From the NCBI RefSeq assembly GCF_006345805.1, contig NC_043007.1, positions 15,438,001 to 15,502,000 of the forward strand: a stretch of DNA of 64,000 bases. Reading direction: 5' to 3'. Source of the stretch: Octopus sinensis (Eukaryota). Of this stretch, positions 36,839 to 49,002 are shown piece after piece. The notes under the pieces are model-generated. The model had not been told where the DNA came from, made no database searches, and worked only from the letters and a program-made list of their open reading frames with translations. The position numbers were made by a program, and so were the translations under genes. Each line of letters begins with the position of its first letter. Positions within the stretch are counted from its first letter, which is position 1.

Positions 36839-37116
36839 CGACCTCGGCGGAATTTGAACTCAGAACGTAGCGGCAGAGGAAATACCTATTTCTTTATTAC
36901 CCACAAGGGGCTAAACACAGAGAGGACAAACAAGGACAGACATAGGTATTAAGTCGATTACATCGACCCCAGTGCGTAACTGGTACTTAATTTATCGACC
37001 CCGAAAGGATGAAAGACAAAGTCGACCTCGGCGGAATTTGAACTCACAACGTAACGCAGACGAAATACCGCCAAGCATTTCGCCCGGCGTGCTAACGTTT
37101 CTGCCAGCTCGCCGCC
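36839..37116 (-). mobile_element. Family C1 SINE: head, one unit and a roughly 50-bp start of a second unit
   Basis: GAAATAC-CTATTTCTTT junction at 36889-36905, with a partial second unit running to 36839. Confidence 0.92.
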
Positions 37117-37304
37117 TTCGATACTATTTCTGTCCACTAAATTCACTGACGTGATATTTCTCGAAGCGGTGTCACAGTGGAGGATTATGGCACCGCGGTG
37201 ACGCGCAATCGGACTGAACTCAAATTCCAAAATCTAATGGTTGCATAGTATACTTCTTAAGCTCACACTGATATCATCGTCATTTTCGAAAATATTGTGA
37301 CGAC

Positions 37305-37469
37305 GGTGCAGGAGTGGCTGTGTGGTAAGTAGCTTGCTAACCAACCACATGGTTCCGGGTTCAGTCCCACTGCGTGGCATCTTGGGCAAGTGTCTTCTAC
37401 TATAGCCCCGGGCCGACCAATGCCTTGTGAGTGGATTTGGTAGACGGAAACTGAAAGAAGCCTGTCGTA

Positions 37470-37521
<52 letters not shown>

Positions 37522-37758
37522 ATATGTATGTGTGTGTATGTTTGTGTGTCTGTGTTTGTCCCCCTAGCATTGCTTGACAACCGATGCTGGTGTGTTTACG
37601 TCCTTGTCCCTTAGCGGTTCGGCAAAAGAGACCGATAGAATAAGTACTGGGCTTACAAAGAATAAGTCCTGGCGTCGATTCGTTCGACTAAAGGCGGTGC
37701 TCCAGCATGGCCGCAGTCAAATGACTGAAACAAGTAAAAGAGTAAAAGAGTAAAAGAG
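37305..37758 (+). mobile_element. Full-length family A CORE-like SINE
   Basis: GGTGCAGGAGTGGCTGTGTGGTAAG head, CORE-like motif, internal (TA)n(TG)n, GTAAAAGA tail repeats. Confidence 0.95.
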
Positions 37759-38254
37759 ACAACAACAACAACAACATCAACAACAACGACAACGACAACA
37801 AAAGATGCCCTTGATTGTACTTAATGGAAACAGGTGAGAAATTATGTCTAATCTTAATATTTAAGTTTTTAAATGTTTGTAATAACATCATTAATGATTA
37901 TTATTAACTGTTTCCATAGTTACTTAAATTCTTCTGGAGTAAACGTTAGGCAAGCGCCGCATTAATTGAATATCGAGATAGTAAAACGTGATATGAAAAG
38001 AGAGTCTTAATTATTAATAGGTCATACTAATTAGCAATTTAGTGTTGATGCTTTAGTACAAAATCTAGGGTATTTTAGAAGCTATATTTTATGCCGTCAT
38101 TATTGTGATCCTATCCTCATCATGATCGTGATCATAATCCTCATGATGATGATGATCATCATCATGATCATCGTCATCATCATCACCAAAAACACTGACT
38201 ACCGTCGCTATCACCAATTCAAACACCAACACTACACTTGCAGTGATTATATTA

Positions 38255-38910
38255 GAATTATTGTCATCTAAATATTCCTCCTTCCCTCCTTCCCTTCCTC
38301 TTCCTCCTCTGCTTCCTTCCTCTCCTTACCTTCACCTTCCTTTTCCACTTCCTCTTCTTCTCTCTCTCCACCTCTTGCTCCTTTTCCCCCTATTTCCCTT
38401 CACCTCCGCCTCCACTACTTCTTGCCTCTCACTCCTCCCCATTCCTCTTACTCTTGCTTTTCTTCCTCCTCCTCTCCCTCCACCTGTTGCTCCTTTTCTT
38501 TCCCTTCTCTCCCTCCTCCCTTTCCTCTTTCCCTCTTCCTCCCCTTTCCTCTTTCTCTTCCTTATATTCCCCTTCCACTTCCTTTTCCTTCCTCTTCCTC
38601 TCCCACCTCTTGTTCATTTTTCTCCCCTTCTTCCCCTTCCCCATCCTTCTCTTATTATTTTTATTCTTCCTCCTCTCCCTCCACCGCTTGCTCCTTTTCC
38701 TTCTCCTCTCCCCCTTCTGCTTCTTCCTACCCCCATTGACTTCTTCGTTTCTTCTTCCCCTCTTCCCCTCCACTTTTCTTCTCCGCTTCTGCCCCTCCTC
38801 CCTTCTCCCTTCTCCCTCTTCCTTCCTTTTCCTCTTCCACTTAACCTCCCCTTCCCCTCATACTCCCCTCCTCTTCCGCTCTTCCATCCCTCTTTCCCCC
38901 TTCCCCCTCA
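38255..38910. repeat. Polypyrimidine tract of about 650 bp, (CCT/CTT)n-like
   Basis: Plus strand almost exclusively C and T. Confidence 0.92.
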
Positions 38911-39472
38911 GCCACAAAAACACTACCGCCAACATCCCCATCACCGCCATCACCGACCGTTACATAGTGCAGGGTAATTTAGAGACGAGAAATTTTGTCA
39001 TCGTCAACGTCAGCATCCTCTTAATAATCCTGATCACGATCCTCATCAACATCATTAAAAAAATTATTGCCATCATTTTAATCATTCCTAACTCAAACAC
39101 CAACACGTACATTATCATTAGCTCGCCCGATCTCTGTAATTATATAACAACATTCGCAATACGAAGAAATAAAACCTGCTGTCAAGATGAAGGCACTTCA
39201 GGTATTTAAATTCAACTTGAATTCGATTCTTCTAATATACTTCCCTCACGCTGTATGTATTGGTTTTCCTAATTAATCCTAATTTTTAGCACAAAATCAA
39301 ACCTGGTCAAACCAACCTAGATCCAAAGGTTTCTCTGATAAAATCATTTCGGCTTATCTCTCAAACGTAGTCTAATTAGAATTAGATTAAATAATGTTCA
39401 TCGTTCCTTAAACTGATAGAACGTACTTGCGAGGAGATTTTGTTACTGCTATTTTTAGCATGTCGAACCTTT

Positions 39473-39799
39473 GGCACCATAGGCATGTGTCTTCTTCTAT
39501 AGCCTCGGGCCGACCAAAGCCTTGCGAGTGGATTTCGTAGACGGAAACTGAAAGAAGCCCGTCGTATATATATATATGCATGTGTGTGTGTATATGTTTC
39601 TGTGTCTGTGTTTGTCCCCCAACATCGCTTGACAACCGATGCTGGTCTGTTTACGTCCCTTTAACTTAGCGGTTCGGCAAAAGATCCCGATAGAATAAGT
39701 ACTAGACTTACAAAGAATAAGTCCTGGAGTCGATTTTCTCGACTAAAAGCGGTGCTCCAGCATGGCCACAGTCAAATGACTGAAACACGCAAAAGAGTA
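39473..39799 (+). mobile_element. 5'-truncated family A SINE
   Basis: Begins at GGCACCATAGGCATGTGTCTT; the remainder is collinear with the 37305 copy. Confidence 0.92.
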
Positions 39800-41130
39800 T
39801 TAAAACTATGTTGTTCTAGACTCGACCATCTTGTAAAAGACTAAATACTAGACACGTAAGAATATGTAGGAAAATAATGTTTTCAAGATGATAGGGTAAG
39901 CTTTAAAGGAGTTTGACTTTTTTTCTATTTTGGGAAGTCGCATGTCGTGTAACTTCAGATATATTACGCCATTGGCTCAATGTTTTACCTGATTAGATTG
40001 TTATTGAGATATCAGTGATCAAAGCTTGTATGATCTTCCATTTTACACTTCTCAGTCACTCTAATTCACTGATGTAGAAACATGAAAGTTGCATAGTTTC
40101 ACACCATCACCCATACATAAATTGTGGCCGTGAGCTTCACGCAGCACATATCTTAAAACTTTTTGCACCAGCAGTGAGTCGTTGGAGGATTAATGGAATC
40201 ACTTTAAATATTTATGTTCTTGTCAACTGACATGTGTCACATTTTTACTGCTTTAATGCCTGAACAAAAAGCAAGTAAAAGAAATAAAGAAACAGACTTT
40301 TGTGAAACTGATACCTTTAATTGTATTTATTTAATATTTATGATGTGACTGAACATAAACATGTTCTTTCTTTTTTAAATTACCAGCTAGTTTCAACAGC
40401 GAATAAGATCCACCTATGATTTCTTTCATAAACAGAACTACAGGCACTCTAATACAATCAGTATGTTTGCGGTCCTGACAGACGTGTGGACATTGATCTA
40501 CGATATTAACATATGAAGCTGAACAGAATCAATTAGTGAGAAAAATAAAATGTAAATGTATGCGGGTGATAATGTGTTGAATTTAGTTAAGTAGGTTGCT
40601 TGGTACTTCCAGTTAGTCGAGTTTGTCAAGTAAACGTGTAGTCTATGCAAAAATACTGACCAAATATATGTTAAATAATGACATTCCATTGGTAAAAAAT
40701 GTAGGAATTTGTTGAGGAAACTAGGCTGATGCAAGAAGTGAAGAATGATGTAAATAAGTACAAGAATGTTACACAAATGAAACTATATAAGCATGTATTT
40801 GTTTATTTACGTGTTAATTCTATAGGTAGGTTAGCTCCGCATTATTGATTACTTCACTGGATGAATGAATTTACGTAAAATGTTTGGAATGCAAGAGAGA
40901 TTATGGATTATGTGATGTTATCGTTACATAGATAGCAAAATTATAAGACAAATAACAAACTTTGCTGCCCCGAATTTATTTCTATTTTACGCAGCTTTTA
41001 TCCCATCAAAAGCATTTTTAAAATAACATATCCCATGGGTACAGGGAGAGAGAGAGAGAGAGAGAGTTACTCTGAAAGATTCTTGAAGGATTCAGTCGAA
41101 CAAATCACCCCAAAGTACTTCTTTGCTAAA

Positions 41131-41588
41131 CCTGGTACTTACTTCGTCGCTTTCATTTGCTGTAAAGAAACCAACACCGGTTGTCAAGCGATAGTGGGGA
41201 GGACAAAGAGATAAATACATACATACATATACGACATGCTTCCACACAGTTTACGTCTACCAAATTTACTCACAAGGCTTTAGTCGCCTAGAGGTTATCG
41301 TAGATAACATTTACTTTACCTATGTGCCACGCGGTGTTTCTAGGTTTATTTATTATCCATAAAGGACTATACATAGATGGGGACGGTACAATCGGGGAAC
41401 ATAAAATAATAAAAGAGGATGAATAAAGACGAAGTTAAAAAAAGAATGAATTATGATAAGATATTATAATGAGGCGCAATGCCCACTCGGCCCCTGAGGT
41501 GGGGCGGTTATGAGCCACGCAGTGTGTCTAACCCCAAAACTATGCAATTGGAAAGCGAGCACTTTAACAACACAGTCACACCTGCGCC
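41131..41588 (-). mobile_element. Old family A SINE split by a 176-bp insertion
   Basis: Head at 41514-41588 (ACACAGTCACACCTGCGCC), body at 41131-41337, direct repeat GCCACGC(G/A)GTGT at both breakpoints. Confidence 0.75.
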
Positions 41589-43420
41589 TGATTTCCAGTT
41601 TACCTCCATTGTATTGCACCTGGCTTTGGTATCTTTGACCTTATCATTGAGTTGACCAAAACCTTATCAGTGAAATCTGAAACACGGAAGATATATGGAA
41701 GCCCGTCAGAAGGGACGCTCCTGTTTTTATCAGTTCAGGTTAAAAGTACATCCTAGTGCTGGAGTGATCTTAGCTGACATCGCTCTGTTGCAAGCGGCCG
41801 AACCTGGTTTCTGGTCTATGAATAACTTCCTCGCAGCCTTTCATTCTGTAACTACGAAGACCATCAAAGGATCATGAGTACTGTACCTACACTACTCTGA
41901 CAAGTCTGTAAAGACATTCTAAATGTTAACTACTCTGAGATTGGATAAAGCGATTTGTTATTTGAAGAACGAATGAATAATTTCGGTGATGTACTTGTCT
42001 GGCAAGTAATTTGATCAGAGACTGTGTGTTGAAACTAAAGCAATATCAAAGTTTAAGGCATATATTGGCTCTTTAAAAAATACACAAAAGCCATTAACTT
42101 CACTTAAACAGTTATTTTTTAATCTCAAAATTTTCGTCGAACAATTTTCAACCTAGTCGCTGACACTGTTCCACTGAGATGCAAAAAAGTAATATTTTTG
42201 TGCCCAAAATTAAATCATTTTGTAGTACAATCTCCATGTCATAGCTTAGCTTTCCAAGAGAAATAACTTCATGACTGAGAGCTTGTTAAGGTATTATGCT
42301 GTTGGCTTACTGGTTCATCATAAGTTACACGATACGTCCATGACCAATACCCTTAGCAATAGATGATACGATGGAAAAACAAAACAAAACAACACATCGC
42401 TGAGGTTGTAGAAAATAGTGAATAACTTATAATTAAGTCATCCTGTCATGAATACAACTTGCCATAGAACAATTATTGATTCAAACAAAGCCTAGAAATG
42501 CAATGCTTAATGTCATAAAACTAGGCTAATTAGTCACACGTCCCCCAACATGGAGGATATCTATAAAAGCCAGGTTATTTACACAAAGCATCTCGTGATG
42601 AAATTTCACGCTCAAATTCACTCCAAATATCATCTCGTAATGTTTCTTCCTAACACATTATCGTCATACTCAACTGCCCTGTTGATCGAATATTTTCATG
42701 CCGTTGCTTATGTTATTTGGTTTAAAGAGTTTAAATATTTAACATCTCCCAAGAATCAATCTGTATCTGCTGCGAAAACCTATTAATCGATTCTGACATT
42801 TTAAAATATATTAGATTATCAACGAAATGTGATAAACATGGGAGTTAACCATTATACAAAGCCATTATAAACAAGAAACAACAGAATTTGATTATCAATT
42901 ATTTATAAAATCATAAAGATCCATAATGCGGTGTTTAATTCATTCGTAATATTAATTGGATTAATGATAAATCTCCTATTCTCAGCTGAGAGAAAATATC
43001 TTTCACGGAAGTACAGCAAGCGCCCAGTTTATAATCGTATATGAAGTGAGACATGATAAAATAAAATGTCCAATCAAGAAACACAATGGAATTCTACTTC
43101 AAAGAGGATATGCCATGTAGTCTCTCCATTTGCTGGAAATAGAAGCCAAACCTGCTTAACATTACCGTCCATACAAAGGATATTATTTTAATGTATTTTC
43201 GATACGGAATTCCTGAAATAGAAGAAATACATGATTTTAATCAAGGCTGCAGCTCTTTTAATCGTACGTTAATTAACTTAGAGCTGATCAAGGGCTACAC
43301 ACATCAACAATGATCATACTTAAACTCATGACACACAAATCGCTAATCCAATGTCACTTCTTGTCATTTATTCATCTTTGTTTTTACCCCCTAAATGAGA
43401 AGCGAATAACAGTAGGATTT

Positions 43421-43623
43421 ATACACTTCTATATTTAAGAGATGAGGAATTATGTACATTATTTACTTTATTTACATTCGACGGTGATTTGTTCTCATCG
43501 TGTTTGTTGTTAACACAACGTTTCGGCTGATATACCCTCCAGCCATCTTCAGGTGACTTGGGGAAATTCGAACCTGGGTTTTCATTCCTAAGATATTTTT
43601 CGATGATGTTGTTGTTGTTGTTG

Positions 43624-43654
<31 letters not shown>

Positions 43655-43694
43655 GATTATTATTATCCGTCGAATGTAAATAATGTAAATAATG
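43421..43694 (-). mobile_element. Penelope-like terminal repeat with minimal hammerhead, inverted 5' piece and 13-bp TSD
   Basis: TSD AACAGTAGGATTT at 43408-43420 and 43695-43707; 43667-43694 is an inverted copy of 43457-43484; motif on the minus strand at 43514-43555. Confidence 0.8.
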
Positions 43695-43837
43695 AACAGT
43701 AGGATTTGCTGACAGAAGTCAAACTTTCTGTTCGATGCACTGTTCTGCACATTCTCCACTTTATGGCACCAAAGAGCTCAAGGCATTTTCAGATGTTATT
43801 TCAATTCTGCCATCGCTTCATTACTAATAATAATAAT

Positions 43838-43950
43838 AAGCCTTTCTACTATAGGCACAAAACGTAATTTGATCTCAAAATGCAACGACGAACGAAATGC
43901 TACTAAGCATTTTCTCCGTTGTGTTAACGGTTCTGCCAATTCACCGTCTT
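43838..43950 (-). mobile_element. Internally deleted C2 SINE
   Basis: CCTTTCTACTATAGGCACAA tail joined to AATTTGATCTCA B-box and GTTCTGCCAATTCACCG head. Confidence 0.6.
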
Positions 43951-45320
43951 AGCCTTCTCCATAATAGCAATAATAATATGTATTTCTTTATCAGCTGAGT
44001 TCTTCCACTCTAAAGTGAGAAGAAATAAGCTGCTTAATATGTGACCGGTAAATTTAACTCAATTAGTTTTTGAGCAACACCCTAATTTAATTGTCCAGTC
44101 CTCGTTGTTTCACCGTTTCCACCTGTCTCAACAGTGATGAAATAGTCATATATCTAGGGAGGTTTTTGTAGATAATATGTACAATCTACTGACTGAATTC
44201 GCTAGTATATATTATGCTATTTTGTTGGCCTCGGAGGCATAAAAAGCAAAGTTGACTTGCAAGAGATTTGAATTCGGAATCTAGCGGAAGATGAATATTA
44301 TATATCAGATGATTTCTTACGTTACTTGCCACTATTATCTCCGTATTTCCTCTCCAGTTCCATAGTTTGGAAACATAAAATAACATTACTGTAATAGTGT
44401 GAATTATTTACACTTAAAAATAATTTATGTATTATTTTCTAATACCCAAGCGTTAAACTATTATGAAAAAATATAAAAATATAAGACGAAAAATACCATA
44501 ATTACATTTAGATTCTCGGTTTTCAATGGGGAAAAAATGTTGTGTATTTGGTCGAAAAATAAGAAATCAAGAGAAATAGAAGCTACTCGACACGCCGAAG
44601 AATTTCTTAAAGAATATTAGACCAAAAGAGTATTAAAGAAAAAAAAAAACACCTTTGACACCTTTGTTATACGATAATATTCTGGTATATGTCTCACCTT
44701 TTTTACCTCTTGCTCCTCAAATATCAAAGCACAAGCGTGATTGATGTTTAGTATTTCAAAACCAGATAGATATGGCTACAAAACGAAAATTACTATTGAT
44801 TTTTAAATCTTTTCTGATGTGTTAATGTTGACCTATACTGAATTAAATGCTCATTCATATATGTCATAACCAGTAGTACAATTACAATCGCAAATCAAAA
44901 CTTGAAGCCAAAGTCAAAATAAACTTAAAACAACATCGAAATCATGAACTACAAAGAAATGTATTTAAAAGACAGAAAAGAACCAAAACTAAGAAATAAA
45001 ATAAAAAAAAGGAAAACATATAAAATAAAGAATTACAATGTAATAATCTTTAATTATTTCTGAAATATTGGAAAAATTGTGGTTGCAAGTTCAAATGTTT
45101 CAATCTTTTAATCTTCTACGGATGTTTTATTTGTTTTCTTTGAGCTAAGTTAGTTTATTCAATTAGCTGATTTGTGAGAAACTTATTAGAACTTACGATT
45201 ACCATTATATATGGCGTTCTGTGTTTTTCAGACTTATTGGTTCGCTTCCTGTTGACGTACTCTCTTTGTATTTAAATCCGAGTACAATTATCTGTCATAT
45301 TTCAAATAATTTAAGGCAAT

Positions 45321-45531
45321 CAGCTGGCAGAAACGTTAGCACGCCGGGCGAGATGCGTAGCCTTATTTCGTCTGCCGTTACGTTCTGAGTTCAAATTCCG
45401 CTGAGGTCGACTTTGCCTGTCATCCTTTCGGGGTCGATTAAATAAGTACCAGTTACGCACTGGGGTCGATATGATCGACTTAATCCTTTTGCCTGTCCTT
45501 GTTTGTTCTCTTGTGGGTAGTAAAGAAATAT
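45321..45531 (+). mobile_element. Family C1 SINE with 24-bp flanking direct repeat, directly upstream of an older C2 copy
   Basis: ATATTTCAAATAATTTAAGGCAAT at 45297-45320 and 45532-45555. Confidence 0.92.
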
Positions 45532-45555
45532 ATATTTCAAATAATTTAAGGCAAT

Positions 45556-45680
45556 GAGCTGGCAGAATCTTTAACGTATCGGGCAAAATACTTCGCAGAA
45601 TTTCGTCCTGCTCTCTACAAACAGAGTTCAAATAACGCTGGTGTCGGCTTTACCCTTCATCCTTTCGAGCTTGATACAAG
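45556..45680 (+). mobile_element. Old C2-type SINE fragment
   Basis: GAGCTGGCAGAATC head, GAGTTCAAATAAC B-box, TTCATCCTTTCGAG domain. Confidence 0.7.
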
Positions 45681-45711
45681 AGAATAAAAGTGGAGTAAAT
45701 TGATCTCTATG

Positions 45712-45955
45712 GAGGTGCGTAGCTTAGTGGTTAGGGTGTCAGCATCATGATCATAAGATTGTGGTTTCGATTCCTGGACTGGGCGACGCGTTGTGTTCTT
45801 GAGCAAAGCACTTCATTTCACGTTGCTCCAGTCCACACAGCTGGCAAAAATGAGTAACGCCGCGATGGACTAGCGTCCCGTCCAGCTGGGGAAAAATACG
45901 CCATTGAAACCGGGCCCGTGAACCTGGCTAGGCTTTAAAAGGGCGCATTTATTAT
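45712..45955 (+). mobile_element. tRNA-derived SINE, family D
   Basis: TAGCTTAGTGGTTAGG A-box, GTTTCGATTCC B-box, TTGTGTTCTTGAGCAAAGCACTT central segment, GCGATGGACTAGCGTCCCGTCCAG tail. Confidence 0.88.
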
Positions 45956-46039
45956 TTTATTATTAAAGGGAACTATGTAATCGACTACCCATCCCCAATT
46001 GGTACTCTTGCAGTAATGTTTCGAATTAGATAATGCGAA

Positions 46040-46245
46040 GAGCTGACAGAAACGACAACACGGCGGGTAAAATGCTTAGCCGCTTTCCGTCTATCTTTAC
46101 GTTCTAAGCTCAAATTCCGCCGAGGCTGACATAGCTTTTCGTCCTTGCGGCGTCGATAATATAAGTAGTAGTCGAACACCAGGGTCGATGTAATCGTCTT
46201 ATCTTCACCCACGAATTTACTGGTCTTGTGCCAAAATTTGAAACC
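46040..46245 (+). mobile_element. Degraded full-length C2 SINE
   Basis: GAGCTGACAGAAAC head through GGTCTTGTGCCAAAATTTGAAACC tail. Confidence 0.8.
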
Positions 46246-46351
46246 ATTATTTCGAATTATATCCTCTCAAAATGAAACAAGGATTAGGTAAAGCAAATAC
46301 AGAACCTCCGTAAGTAGCAGATTGACTATATATATAGTGTGTGCTTTACAT

Positions 46352-46628
46352 TAGATTGTTTGTCCATTCTCGAACCACGCCTGGATCATAAGGGCCGGTT
46401 TCCCGGTTTCCTTGGTGTGTAGGTTCCCCACCTGAACGGGACGCCGGTCCTTCGCAGGTGAGCTGCATGATGCAGGAGAGAAAGTTGGTGGTGAAAGAGT
46501 CAGCAGAAGTTCGCCATTCCCTCCTGCCGGAGCCGCGTGGAGCTTAGGTGTTTCGCTCATAAACACACACCTTGCCCTGAGATAGATTCGAACACGCGAT
46601 CCCTCGACCGCGAGTTCGCTGCTCTAAC
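46352..46628 (-). mobile_element. Chimeric SINE: family B head and centre with family D-like tail
   Basis: 46463-46628 matches family B; minus-strand CTGCGAAGGACCGGCGTCCCGTTCAGGTGGGGAA matches the D tail at 45860-45893. Confidence 0.8.
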
Positions 46629-47318
46629 CATTAGGCCATATGCCTCCACTTAGATTAGATTACCAATTTCTAATTCACATACGTCCCCTACGAGTAACTT
46701 GACAAAGAAACGAGCATTAGAAACAGTCTTCAAGTGATTCTTGGATGAAACATGTTTACAGATTTCACATATAGAAAAATAAAACACGAACAAACTGCAC
46801 TGTAAGGTGGTATAGTCGTAAGTTTTCTGTAAGCCTGGTACTGTAATCCTGCTCATTAATCGGCGCTTAGCTTATTTTCGTGAGACAGGAAGAAACACCA
46901 TCACCGACACCATCCTACCATCACCATCACCAACACCAACGCCAACGCCAACACTTATAACGATCATCATCGCCCTCATGAATACGCTAATTTCAATAGC
47001 ATTAATCACATATTATGAAGAGATAAATAGGAAATTTAGATATATAGACATCTAATGTTTGACTTTATCACAATTGTGTGTACGATAGAAATAGTCGATA
47101 ACAAGAGAACATTATTGATGTGTGTGTGTGTGTGTGTGTGTGTGTATGGAAATTCATGCACAACGTACACGCACACGTATACACATGCACATGCGTGCGT
47201 GCACATACCACACATACAGAGACACACACATATATATATATAGAGAGAGAGCGCGGGGAGAAAGAAAATCATGTATGTGCAAAAATATTCCAGACAATTA
47301 GAAAATTAATATTCGAGA

Positions 47319-47320
<2 letters not shown>

Positions 47321-47374
<54 letters not shown>

Positions 47375-47501
47375 GTTGTTGTTGTTGTTGTTGTTGTTAT
47401 TATTATTATTATCATCATCATCATCATCATCATTATTATTATTATTATCATTATTATTATTATAACTGTCTTCGTTATTATCATCATCATCATCATCGTC
47501 G

Positions 47502-47543
<42 letters not shown>

Positions 47544-47610
47544 ACAACAATAATATCAATACTAGCGACCGTGCGGCGGCGGCGGCGGCGGCGGCGGCAG
47601 CGTCGTCATT
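47321..47610. repeat. Compound trinucleotide microsatellite ending in (GCG)8
   Basis: TAT, TGT, CAT, CGT and CAA runs, then (GCG)8 at 47573-47596. Confidence 0.92.
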
Positions 47611-48780
47611 GTTGGAGTTGTGGTAGAGTGTCACTTTTTCAACGTTTATTCTTCTTTACATTTCTTTTTTTTTTTTCTAATTTTGTTATATTCCGTCTTG
47701 CAGCAGATCGATATTGTAATGTACGTACAGTATCGATTAATTTCTGTGATCGTGTAGTAAAAAAAAAGAAAGAAAGAAAAGATATACACACATTGTGATA
47801 ACAGCATACACTTTGGAGAACCGCATTCATTTGAGTCTGGTGAATGAATGCGTAATTGAGTCTTTTATGAACGTTCACAATTTTCACGGCAAAACAGTTC
47901 GTGGGAGATATTTTCCTTATGAACACTTCATAATCATTATTAATTCTTGAGAAAGGTATTAATACTTCATATTCTGCTTCCCTTTGTTATTTTCCAAAGA
48001 TGTGATATTTTGTCTACATTCGCCATCATATAAAGCTCTTTTTCCAAAGACGCGTAAGGATAAAAATGGTGCGCTGCCACAAACAGGATAATTGACATGA
48101 TGTAATCTGTATATGTATTCTCTCTTTAAATTGCACCGATGGAGGCCCATTCGTATTCTACCCCCTAGATATAGCAGACAAATGTATACATGTATACCTC
48201 CTGGCGTTATTGTGTTTTCTCTTTGTTCATGTTTGGATTAACGATATATAACTTTATAAGTTTTGTATCAAACAAGTCCGTGACGTTAGAGGCTACAACG
48301 AAAGAAATAGAGAAAGGAGCCAAAAAGTTTAAAGGATTTTTATTGTCAGAAAGCTTAAAATACAGAATATCATAGTCCAGAAGAAAACAAAACGATGATA
48401 GTGAGTTCTAGAAATCAGCAGTTCGAAGAAAGAAGCTATTAGAATAATAGGACAAAGAGCCTCAGCAGAGAAACGATGCACCAGGGAAGAGAAGCTGGTG
48501 ATAGGTTTAATGATCTTGACTGAAGCTACTGGACCAGAAAGCTAGCCAGAGCAATGACTATCGAAATGCTTATAGAAAGCACACAACGAAGATAAGGAAA
48601 TTTCTACATCCTTGTAGAAAAAAGACGGTCCTCCATGTTAACAACTCGATTCTGAATTCAAACCGAGCAAGTTGACACTCAGATGAGATACTACCTCAAA
48701 GATTTAATACACAGTCGAAAGGTGGACTTATGAGATACAAGCACAAGAAACTTTCAAGCACAGAAGAAAGGTCCAACATT

Positions 48781-49002
48781 CGTATTTCTTTGTTGCCCAC
48801 AAGGGGCTAAACATAGAGGGGACAAACAAGGACAGACAAAGGGGTTAAGTCGATTACATCGACCCCAGTGCGTAACTGGTACTTAATTTATCGACCCCGA
48901 AAGGATGAGACCGTGGCAGAATTTGAACTCAGAACGTAACGGCAGACGAAATACCGTTAAGCATTTCGCCCGGCGTGCTAACGATTCTGCCAGCTCGCCG
49001 CC
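48781..49002 (-). mobile_element. Family C1 SINE monomer with small internal deletion
   Basis: TATTTCTTTGTTGCCCACAAGGGG tail to GCCAGCTCGCCGCC head. Confidence 0.92.

Noticed and set aside
42961-43051. 60-nt open exon candidate 42986-43045 (CTCAG / GTGAGA)
   Set aside because: The pyrimidine tract is short and the peptide LRENIFHGSTASAQFIIVYE is unrecognised; such signals are expected by chance in 64 kb.
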